A DNA stretch of 57,315 nucleotides from Caldisericota bacterium (GTDB lineage Bacteria; Caldisericota; Caldisericia; Cryosericales; Cryosericaceae), in contig JAUSAI010000152.1 in assembly GCA_030652945.1 (NCBI GenBank), positions 1 through 57,315 on the forward strand. Direction: 5' to 3'. The position numbers and the translations under genes were made by a program. This document shows positions 49,897 to 57,315 of this stretch, one piece after another. Numbering within the stretch: position 1 is the stretch's first letter; every line of letters starts with the position of its first letter. The notes beneath the pieces were generated by a model, which saw only the letters and a list, made by a program, of their open reading frames with translations, searched no databases and was not told the DNA's origin.

Positions 49897-50739
49897 ATGG
49901 AACGGAGAGCCGATGTGCCTACAGAAGCAGATGCCATAGCGCAGTGCACCAAGCCAAGAACACGGGAGGGTATTGCTCACGACCTTCTCGATCTTGGTCT
50001 TCAAGAGGGAATGACGGTACTGGTCCACAGCTCCCTCAGCTCCCTGGGATGGGTGTGCGGTGGTCCGGTCACCGTCATCCAGGCGCTCATGGATGTTGTC
50101 ACCGATAAGGGGACCATCGTCATGCCCGCCATGAGTCCTGGGAATAGTGATCCAATGCTTTGGCACAACCCTCCGGTCCCCGGTGAGTGGAAGGAAATCA
50201 TTCGTGCGACAATGCCGGCCTTTGACCCGCTTGTCACACCCGCACGTGGCATGGGCATCACTGCCGAGGTCTTCCGGACATGGCCGGGAACCGTCCGCAG
50301 TGCTCACCCCAGCACGTCGTTTGCAGCGCGGGGATCCCATGCTGATGACGTCGTGCGCGACCACAAGCTGGACAACTGCTTGGGCGAGACGTCTCCCCTG
50401 GCACGGCTGTACGACCTTGATGCCGCAGTGCTGCTGCTGGGCGTCGGCTACGACTGCAACACCTGCTTTCATCTCTCGGAGTATCGAGCGCCCGGTGCCC
50501 GTTCAGTGACAGAGGGATCGGCCGTCATGATCGCCGGGCAGCGCACGTGGACGACGTACACCGACATCGAGCTTCATGAAGAACGGTTCATGCAGATTGG
50601 CACGGCATTCGAGCAGACAGGCGCCGTACGCGTAGGCTACGTCGGGTCAGCCCAGAGTCGATTGTTCAAGGAGCGCGCAGCCGTCGATTTTGCTGTACGG
50701 CAGATTGTACGAGCGCGCGAGGAGACCGAGGCTTCGTAG
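49897..50739 (+). CDS. AAC(3)/YokD-family N-acetyltransferase
   Basis: VLVHSSLS, RSAHP..SF, SPL.RL, NT.FH..E; start may be GTG 49915. Confidence 0.9.
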   Translation: MERRADVPTEADAIAQCTKPRTREGIAHDLLDLGLQEGMTVLVHSSLSSLGWVCGGPVTVIQALMDVVTDKGTIVMPAMSPGNSDPMLWHNPPVPGEWKEIIRATMPAFDPLVTPARGMGITAEVFRTWPGTVRSAHPSTSFAARGSHADDVVRDHKLDNCLGETSPLARLYDLDAAVLLLGVGYDCNTCFHLSEYRAPGARSVTEGSAVMIAGQRTWTTYTDIELHEERFMQIGTAFEQTGAVRVGYVGSAQSRLFKERAAVDFAVRQIVRAREETEAS

Positions 50740-50835
50740 GTCGTCGCTAGATCGCCATCCCCGCGGAAACAGGTCCCCGTGCAGGCAGTACGACGCCTCC
50801 GCCGGCGATTGTGCACACATCCCTCACAAATCCGC

Positions 50836-50881
50836 TTGACCTCCGTTCTCGTGGTGATAATATAGACCAACCAGTCGGTTT
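50836..50881 (+). promoter_or_regulatory. TetR promoter/operator
   Basis: TTGACC-N16-TAATAT followed by the imperfect palindrome AGACCAACCAGTCGGTTT. Confidence 0.65.
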
Positions 50882-50912
50882 GTTATTATGGTAGGCACGT
50901 CAGGAGGTCTAT

Positions 50913-51515
50913 GTGAAGCAGGAAGAGCGATCACAGGAAACGCGAAGTCGCATTCTGCAGGCAGCCGAACGCAGCTTCGCAGAACGCGGATATGACATCA
51001 CCAGTGTCGATAGCATCTGCCGTGCAGCGGAAATCAGCAAGGGTGGCTTCTACCACCACTTTCCCAGCAAGGGAGCAGTATTTGCAGCACTGCTGGACGC
51101 ATGGCTGGCCCGTCTGGACGCTGGATTCCTTCGCGCGAAGGAGGGGCATGCGCGTGTCCCCGACCAAATAGCTGCAATGGCTGCAAGTATCGACAGCATC
51201 TACGATTTGGCGGGATCCTCATGGAACATTCTTCTCGAAGTATGGGCCAAGGCTCGGACCGACCCGGCAGCGCAGGCCAGTACACTCACCACACTGCGCC
51301 GTTACCAGAGGTTCTTCGCCGAACTGCTCCAACGAGGGGTGGACGAAGGAAGTCTCACCGTCGACGATGTCGAACTGCAAGCGCGTGTCCTGTTGAGTGC
51401 CGTTCTTGGTCTGCTGCTGCAGGGAATTCTGGAAGGCGGAAGCGCAGATTGGGGCAGAGAAACGAAGAGAACTGTCTCATTCATGATGGACGGCGTAGTC
51501 AGGAGGACGCGGTGA
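50913..51515 (+). CDS. TetR/AcrR family regulator
   Basis: IL.AA...F...GY..TS...I...A..SKG.FYHHF.SK. Confidence 0.95.
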   Translation: MKQEERSQETRSRILQAAERSFAERGYDITSVDSICRAAEISKGGFYHHFPSKGAVFAALLDAWLARLDAGFLRAKEGHARVPDQIAAMAASIDSIYDLAGSSWNILLEVWAKARTDPAAQASTLTTLRRYQRFFAELLQRGVDEGSLTVDDVELQARVLLSAVLGLLLQGILEGGSADWGRETKRTVSFMMDGVVRRTR

Positions 51516-52501
51516 ACATTCTGGTAACGGGAGCATGCGGAAACGTCGGAATGTACGCAGTGCAGGAGCTGCTTGCCCGCGGAATACACGTGCGCGCTCT
51601 GGATGTATACACCAAAGCAAACAGACACAAGATGGCCCGGCTTGACCGCGCCGTTGAACCGTTTTGGGGCGATATCAGGGACAAATCTCTTGTGGCACGA
51701 GCCGTAGACGGCGTCGATGCGGCTATCCACCTTGCCTACATCATCCCTCCCCGCAGTGAACATGACCCGGCGTGGGCGGAGACGATCAATGTAGGAGGAA
51801 CATGGAATCTCCTGCATGCATTGGCGGCCAGTCCGCTGAGGCCGCGACTGGTGTTCACGTCATCGATTGCACTCTATGGCAGAACCCAGCATCTTGCTCC
51901 GCCGCGTACCGTAGGGGAAGCGCTGCATCCGTATCAGGAGTACGCCTACCACAAGATGACCTGCGAACAGATGATCCATGCCTCGGGCATCCCCTGGGTC
52001 ATCCTGAGGTTCGGCGCAGTCCCCCCGATCGAGTTTGGGGAGCTGGATCCACTCATGTTCGAGGTGCGCATGGATGATCGGATGGAGTACCTGGCGCCCA
52101 TGGACGCTGGAGCATCAGTCGCGGCGGCGGCACTGAAGCCCGGGATCGAAGGGAAGACCATGCTGGTCGCGGGAGGGCCGTCGTGTCAAGTGACCGGCCG
52201 CCAGTTCATGACCGAATCGTTCAACGCGCTGGGCATCGGCATGCTGCCGGAGTCAGCGTTCGCGCAGATACCGTTCCACTGCGACTTCATGGACACCGAA
52301 GAGAGCGAGCGACTGCTGCACTATCAGAAGCACAGCTTCAGAGAGACGCTTGCGTTGCAGAAGCAGGCACTGGGGTGGAAGCGACTGTTTGTTCCGCTGT
52401 TTCGACCAATCATCAGGCGCAAGCTGCTGGCAATGTCTCCGTACTACCATCGCAACCCGGGAAGGAGAGTGCCGGCGCGCCCGGTACCCGTCGTTCGCTG
52501 A
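51512..52501 (+). CDS. NAD-dependent epimerase/dehydratase (extended SDR)
   Basis: ILVTGACGNVG, HLA, N..GT, YAYHK; GTGA overlap with tetR. Confidence 0.9.
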   Translation: MNILVTGACGNVGMYAVQELLARGIHVRALDVYTKANRHKMARLDRAVEPFWGDIRDKSLVARAVDGVDAAIHLAYIIPPRSEHDPAWAETINVGGTWNLLHALAASPLRPRLVFTSSIALYGRTQHLAPPRTVGEALHPYQEYAYHKMTCEQMIHASGIPWVILRFGAVPPIEFGELDPLMFEVRMDDRMEYLAPMDAGASVAAAALKPGIEGKTMLVAGGPSCQVTGRQFMTESFNALGIGMLPESAFAQIPFHCDFMDTEESERLLHYQKHSFRETLALQKQALGWKRLFVPLFRPIIRRKLLAMSPYYHRNPGRRVPARPVPVVR

Positions 52502-52629
52502 GCGTGTTATCTGCCGCGAGCGCTTCCGTCAGGTATAGACCACTTGTGGAGCACTCTGCGGAGCATACACTGTATCCGAGGGGTCTGAAGAGCGGACCGC
52601 AAGGCGACCCTTCAACAGGGGGAAGTCAT

Positions 52630-52971
52630 ATGCAGATACTTGCAGCGTGTGGAATTGTTTGTACGTCATGCCCAGCGTATGTAGCTGGGAGGACGGGAGA
52701 TCGTGCTCTGCAAGAGAAGACAGCGGCTGATTGGAAAGCAGCATATGGTGTCGAATCCAAAGCTGAGGATGTCGTCTGCGACGGCTGTCAACCAGGCGGG
52801 CAACGTCTGTTCGCACATTGTACAGAGTGTCCTGTTCGTGCTTGTGCGCTGGGAAAAGAGTACGCCACGTGCGCCGAGTGCAACGCTTACGACACCTGCC
52901 CGACCATCCGCGCGTTCTTCGTATCTTGTCCGGACGCCAAACCAGTACTGGATGGCCTCAGGAACAAGTAG
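52630..52971 (+). CDS. DUF3795 cysteine-rich protein
   Basis: ACGIVC..CP, CDGC, C..C.VR.C, CAEC; promoter TTGTGG-N16-TACACT at 52544. Confidence 0.85.
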   Translation: MQILAACGIVCTSCPAYVAGRTGDRALQEKTAADWKAAYGVESKAEDVVCDGCQPGGQRLFAHCTECPVRACALGKEYATCAECNAYDTCPTIRAFFVSCPDAKPVLDGLRNK

Positions 52972-53055
52972 CGGCCGGGCTTCACCTCTGTCACCGAGAC
53001 CCGTACCGCACTGAAGACCGCCCCTCATTGGTGGTCTCCAACTCCGTAACGGGCC

Positions 53056-53592
53056 TCATGTGGTCGAGGATGCCGTAGTCTGCGGGCCGAAGTCGTCTGC
53101 CTCCTCAGGCGAGTGCAGGACGAAGACAGCATCGAAACCCTCTCTGCGCAGGATATCGGCACGAGTAGGTGCCTGAGCGCACTGGCGGTCGACGACGAAA
53201 TCGCCAACGACTCGGTCGGCACGCATGCGGTTGCGTTCCTTGCACAACTGCGGTGGCATGTTGAACAGGATGGCGACTGCAGGTCTGTGGTAGCGGGCGG
53301 CCAGACTCAGCAGGGGGCGCCGTGCCTTCACCTGGACGTTGGTGGCATCAACAACGGTCAGTCGACCGGCGCGTAGCCGCTGTTCCAGGATGCAGCGCAG
53401 GACGGCAAATGCGGCAGTCGTAGCTGACTGGTCACTCTCGTCGTCGGCGACCATGGCCCGGCACGCGTCAGAGGACAGGATCTGTGTCGGAGCAAAGTGT
53501 CTGTGGGCAAACGTGGTCTTGCCCGAGCCGGATGGACCGATGAGCACAATGAGGGCGTGAAGCGGCACGAAAGCGGGTGGCAGTATGCTCAT
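53056..53592 (-). CDS. stand-alone AAA_33 / Pnkp-type polynucleotide kinase domain
   Basis: LIGPSGSGKTTFA.RHF, LSSD.CR, VVDATN, RN..R. Confidence 0.85.
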   Translation of the reverse strand: MSILPPAFVPLHALIVLIGPSGSGKTTFAHRHFAPTQILSSDACRAMVADDESDQSATTAAFAVLRCILEQRLRAGRLTVVDATNVQVKARRPLLSLAARYHRPAVAILFNMPPQLCKERNRMRADRVVGDFVVDRQCAQAPTRADILRREGFDAVFVLHSPEEADDFGPQTTASSTT

Positions 53593-53794
53593 GGCGTAAG
53601 GTGTCGCGATTGCGTCAGGAGCTCAAGGTGGCATCCAGGCTCGCGGAACGGAATCGTACCCAAGACCTTCGTTCCCCGCATGAATACCGACAGGCTTCGC
53701 ATTCTGCATCTCCTCGCTCTCGAGTTTCAGTATGTATGAGACTTGTTTCTTGCACAAGCGCACCGAGAGTCTCAGATTGGTGTCGTCACTACGA

Positions 53795-53833
53795 TTGACA
53801 CATGACACTATTATCATATGATGAATTCATCAT
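53795..53833 (+). promoter_or_regulatory. promoter with palindromic ArsR/SmtB-type operator
   Basis: TTGACA-N16-TATGAT overlapped by the perfect 16-bp palindrome ATGATGAATTCATCAT (53818-53833). Confidence 0.75.
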
Positions 53834-54125
53834 GGAGACATCGACGGCGCTGGATGGACTGACATCGTTCTACAAACTACTTTCCAACAGGTCACGTCTG
53901 GCTATCGTCCTGGAACTGCGCTCGGGGGAGGCCAACGTGGCCGAGCTATGCCATCGTACGGGCCTCAGTCAGACACTGGTTTCCCATCAGCTCGCAGCCT
54001 TGCGGAATGCGGACATCCTACGCGTGCGTCGAGCAGGGAAGCACACCTACTACCAACTGGCCGACGAACACATCACGACAATTGTCGGATACGCACTGGA
54101 ACATCTTGGCGAAAGGGAAGTATGA
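53832..54125 (+). CDS. ArsR/SmtB (CzrA-like) metal-responsive repressor
   Basis: R..I...L, SQ..VSHQL..L; alpha5 site D.H...EH. Confidence 0.9.
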   Translation: METSTALDGLTSFYKLLSNRSRLAIVLELRSGEANVAELCHRTGLSQTLVSHQLAALRNADILRVRRAGKHTYYQLADEHITTIVGYALEHLGEREV

Positions 54126-54126
54126 C

Positions 54127-55041
54127 ATGAGTAGCCACCATGAGCATGGAGTGCCATCAGGAAGGAACCTGTCCATTTCGGTAGTGATGAATGCTGCGAT
54201 TACCGTCGCCGAGGTTGCGGGAGGGTTGGCGTCCGGCTCACTTGCGCTACTCGCTGACGCGCTCCACAACGCGACAGATACTCTCGCGGGCATCCTGGCT
54301 CTCTGGGCGCTGAGGCTGGGTCGCCGCGCCCACGACGAACAGCACACGTTTGGCTACCGGCGCGCCGAAATCTTGTCAGCAGGGATAAATGCTGGTGCAA
54401 TGATCATCATTGCCGCATTCCTGTTCCGCGAGGCATGGCTGCGCTTCCGGAATCCCCAACCCGTTCAGGGGGGCATCATGTTGGCCGTCGCTGTCGTCGG
54501 GCTGGCCGGCAACTTCGTATCGGTGATGATACTGCGCCACCAGGCAAGCGAAAGCCTTAACGTGCGAGGTGCGTATCTGCATCTCGTGTCAGACACTATG
54601 TCGTCCGTCGGGGTTGTCCTGGGAGGCATCGCCATCACCGTCTGGCACATGACTTGGATCGATCCGCTCATCACCGTTCTGGTGGCTGTCTGGGTACTGA
54701 AGGAGTCGTTCACTCTCGTGCGTGAAGCCGGGTCGATTCTCATGGAGCGTGCACCGGTGGGGCTCCGGCTGGCGGACTTGGCAGCAGATGTCCGTTCTCT
54801 GGCCCATGTGCGGGACGTGCACCATGTCCACGTGTGGAAGCTGTGCGACAATCAGACGATGTTCGAAGGGCACGTCAATGTGGACGATATCTCCGTTCGC
54901 GAAACTGGATCGGTACGCAGAGATATCGAAGGCGTGCTCCAAGGGAAGTACGGGATCACGCACACGACACTGCAGTTCGAATTCGAGACGCACAAGGATG
55001 CAGGACTGCTTGCCTGTGAGGAACAACAAGAACCGTCCTGA
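54127..55041 (+). CDS. czcD: cation diffusion facilitator (CzcD-like)
   Basis: SLALLADALHN.TD, TFGY.RAE, AYLHL.SD, HHVHVW, HTTLQFE. Confidence 0.92.
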   Translation: MSSHHEHGVPSGRNLSISVVMNAAITVAEVAGGLASGSLALLADALHNATDTLAGILALWALRLGRRAHDEQHTFGYRRAEILSAGINAGAMIIIAAFLFREAWLRFRNPQPVQGGIMLAVAVVGLAGNFVSVMILRHQASESLNVRGAYLHLVSDTMSSVGVVLGGIAITVWHMTWIDPLITVLVAVWVLKESFTLVREAGSILMERAPVGLRLADLAADVRSLAHVRDVHHVHVWKLCDNQTMFEGHVNVDDISVRETGSVRRDIEGVLQGKYGITHTTLQFEFETHKDAGLLACEEQQEPS

Positions 55042-55327
55042 GGATATGCGTTGCCTGCTGACATCAGCACGGAGTAGGTGCGCCATGCACTGGCGCAGCT
55101 GGTGAAGACACGGCGCCTTCCACACAGCGAATCCCGCGGTTCGTTGTACTGATGCCACCTCGCGTGTGCAACGGGAGAAGCGGCCGGTCCTGCTATTGTA
55201 TTGCAGTGATTGACGATCTCCTCCGAGGAGACGTGACCGCGAAGGTCACTTCTCGCGCGCGTTCCAAAGCATCCTTCATCGGATCCGTCTTGGCGACGAC
55301 CCTGCGACGTGGTATACTGGCTGCATT

Positions 55328-56374
55328 ATGAACAGAACAGGACTTGCAGGGATGATCCACCCAAGGAAGGCCGTGACGTTTTCACTCGTCGGAGTCTTGC
55401 TTGGTGGCAGCTTCCTCTGGAATGCTGGAGTTCACGTCTATACAGTTCGGGACGGAACATCGATGGTACGCGTTGTCACGTTCGAGAACACGTCGGTGAG
55501 CTCCATTCTGCAGCGGGCGGGCATACCTGCACTTGGTGAAGACGATGAAGTCATACCTGACGGCGGGACGATCATCCCCCACGGAGAAATCGCCGTCTTG
55601 CGGGCCGAGCCGGTCACGCTCACAGTCGACGATGCCAGCGAAACCATGTACTCTACGGCGCGCACAGTGGGTGAGCTGCTATCAGAGAGTGGCATTTTTG
55701 TGGGTGCAGAAGACATCGTCGAGCCGAATCAGGCATCACCGGTACCCTACGACGGAGATGTCGTCGTCCGTCGCACGACGTATGCATACCGCACCGAGAC
55801 GCAGACCGTTCCGTACAGGCGTGTCTACCGGAACAACCCATACATGGAGGTCGGCAAGAGCTACATCAGCGTCATGGGTCAGAAGGGAACGCTGGAGAAG
55901 ACGATCAAGGTCACCAAGGTCGCCAAGCAGGCAGTCGCGAGTGATGTTGTCAAGACCGAGACGGTTATGCCAGTCGTGGACGAGGTCTACGACGTGGGTG
56001 TCGCCAAGCTGGATCTGAAACCGACAAAGTCCTATACGATGGCAGCTACTGCGTACTCCAACCGCCGGTCGACCATTCTCGATGGCACAGACCATCTCTA
56101 CGGGTACTCCTATCTTTGGCTTCATTACGGGACCTGCGCCGTCGACAAGAACGTCATCCCCATGGGTACCGTGCTGTATATAGAGGGATATGGATATGCG
56201 GTGGCGGCTGACATTGGCGGTGCAATCCGCGGGAACCGCATCGACTTGTTCTTCAACGCTTTCAGTGATGCCTGCCGCTGGGGCCTTCGGACCGTCAAGG
56301 TCCATGTCCTGCCCATCAGCCGGTTCCAGCTCTATGAGAAACTCGGCGTGACCGGAGTCTTCTCGGCGCGGTAG
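55328..56374 (+). CDS. YabE-like DUF348-G5-3D cell-wall protein
   Basis: TM, two DUF348 repeats, G5, 3D domain (ATAY, AVD..VIP.GT, AADIGGAI.GNRIDL). Confidence 0.9.
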   Translation: MNRTGLAGMIHPRKAVTFSLVGVLLGGSFLWNAGVHVYTVRDGTSMVRVVTFENTSVSSILQRAGIPALGEDDEVIPDGGTIIPHGEIAVLRAEPVTLTVDDASETMYSTARTVGELLSESGIFVGAEDIVEPNQASPVPYDGDVVVRRTTYAYRTETQTVPYRRVYRNNPYMEVGKSYISVMGQKGTLEKTIKVTKVAKQAVASDVVKTETVMPVVDEVYDVGVAKLDLKPTKSYTMAATAYSNRRSTILDGTDHLYGYSYLWLHYGTCAVDKNVIPMGTVLYIEGYGYAVAADIGGAIRGNRIDLFFNAFSDACRWGLRTVKVHVLPISRFQLYEKLGVTGVFSAR

Positions 56375-56453
56375 CGAGCACCGGCACGGCAGGACGTCCA
56401 AACCACCATGTTGGCTGCGCTGGCAGAACTGCTACACTGAAGCGGGGATCCTG

Positions 56454-56930
56454 ATGAGATTGTACCGATCGCGGAGTTCATACGGCAAGACGACATCGGA
56501 AGCGCGGCGAACTGCAGTGTCTCACCGTCAAACGTGGCGCGGGTTTGAGGACGTGACGCGCAGGAGACGGATTCTTGCCGCTCTGCTGATCTTCTGCACC
56601 CTGTTCATCGGAGTTGTACCAGTTCTTCTTGGTCGCGTGGTGCGCGGGGTAGTGCCAGGCGGCGAAGCAGTAGTTCGCGTTATGGCCACACTGGATGGCA
56701 AGCCGTGGTCGGGCATACTGGAATTCAAGCTGTCGGGTTCTGAACAATGGCTCGGGTCGATCGTGCCCTACGAGATTCGCCTTCGCCCGGGTGTCTATGG
56801 GATCCACGTAGCTGCAGGAGGGCCGCATAACAGTGCACTAAGAGATGTCACGCCCCCGGGATCGCGCTATGTCGGTGCAGGACAGACCATCACGTTCATT
56901 GTAGCGTTCGATGGGGGAGAAGGGACGTAG
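56454..56930 (+). CDS. hypothetical membrane/secreted protein
   Basis: Basic stretch plus hydrophobic helix, then a beta-rich domain; promoter TTGGCT-N16-TACACT at 56411; start may be GTG 56553. Confidence 0.55.
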   Translation: MRLYRSRSSYGKTTSEARRTAVSHRQTWRGFEDVTRRRRILAALLIFCTLFIGVVPVLLGRVVRGVVPGGEAVVRVMATLDGKPWSGILEFKLSGSEQWLGSIVPYEIRLRPGVYGIHVAAGGPHNSALRDVTPPGSRYVGAGQTITFIVAFDGGEGT

Positions 56931-57080
56931 CGCATCGTGCGCGTCAGAATCCTGAGACCGGACAACAGCGGAGAGTAACCAGCGAACCACTCGTTACGAT
57001 AGTACTTTAGATGAGGAAGCCAAGAACACCCGGCCAGCGGACACACTGACCGGAGGCAGATCGACCCAGAGGGGGTTCAT

Positions 57081-57315
57081 GTGGGCGACAAGTTCACCAT
57101 GAACGTCGGTGGCAAGCCGTTTGACGTCGAGATTGAGGAGCTGGGTGTCGCCAACAGGCCTGATCTGTCGCCTCCAGCTGCAAGACTGGCGCCGGGCCAC
57201 AAGGTTGGCATCATGGAGACCATCCTGCGTGATGCCCAGCAGTCCATGATTGCGACGCGCATGACGATCAAGGACATGGAGCCAGCATTCGAAGCGATTG
57301 ACGCAGTGGGATACC
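57081..57315 (+). CDS. pyruvate carboxylase subunit B / oxaloacetate decarboxylase alpha, 3'-truncated
   Basis: Own translation: ...KVGIMETILRDAQQSMIATRM...IDAVGY; GAGGGGG RBS; absent from the ORF track because no stop lies in the window. Confidence 0.88.
   Translation, partial: MGDKFTMNVGGKPFDVEIEELGVANRPDLSPPAARLAPGHKVGIMETILRDAQQSMIATRMTIKDMEPAFEAIDAVGY

Noticed and set aside
43308-50739. Aminoglycoside resistance cluster (APH-like plus AAC(3)-like)
   Set aside because: Both families include many non-resistance chromosomal members; the genes are unlinked and lack mobile context
55042-55327. c-di-AMP (ydaO) riboswitch expected upstream of a 3D-domain gene
   Set aside because: Conserved GCTGAATC/GGGGGA/GGGGTGAA/CAGCTAAC segments were not found, and the promoter lies immediately before the ATG
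1-57315. CRISPR array, rRNA, tRNA, prophage
   Set aside because: No regularly spaced repeats or phage structural genes seen; the only tRNA-like structure is the tmRNA

Overview
GC-rich bacterial chromosomal window spanning the replication-origin region. It contains dnaA-(oriC)-dnaN-recF-dciA, rsmG-parA-parB with a parS site, rimP-nusA-infB followed by tmRNA (tag ANTNYALAA), dnaE, a divergent DnaB-like helicase, an ECF-sigma/PspC envelope-stress operon, and many metabolic and accessory genes. Gene content suggests an anaerobe; taxonomy is not established from this window. Main observations: (1) A 1039-bp Y1/HUH (RAYT-like) element at 12279-13317 has perfect 16-bp terminal inverted repeats. Each repeat is followed 12 bp inward by a perfect DnaA box, both ends carry subterminal hairpins, and the transposase C-terminal HTH resembles DnaA domain IV. 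(2) An archaeal-type LipS1/LipS2 lipoyl synthase pair follows a small MTH1187/YkoF-like gene. (3) About 13 sigma70-type promoters have a 16-bp rather than 17-bp spacer, and several genes appear leaderless. (4) Extra DnaA-box clusters lie outside oriC. (5) Two small ORFs missed or mis-started by the ORF track flank a MobB-like P-loop gene. No CRISPR array, rRNA, tRNA or prophage was seen. All calls are from motif recognition by eye; no searches were run.
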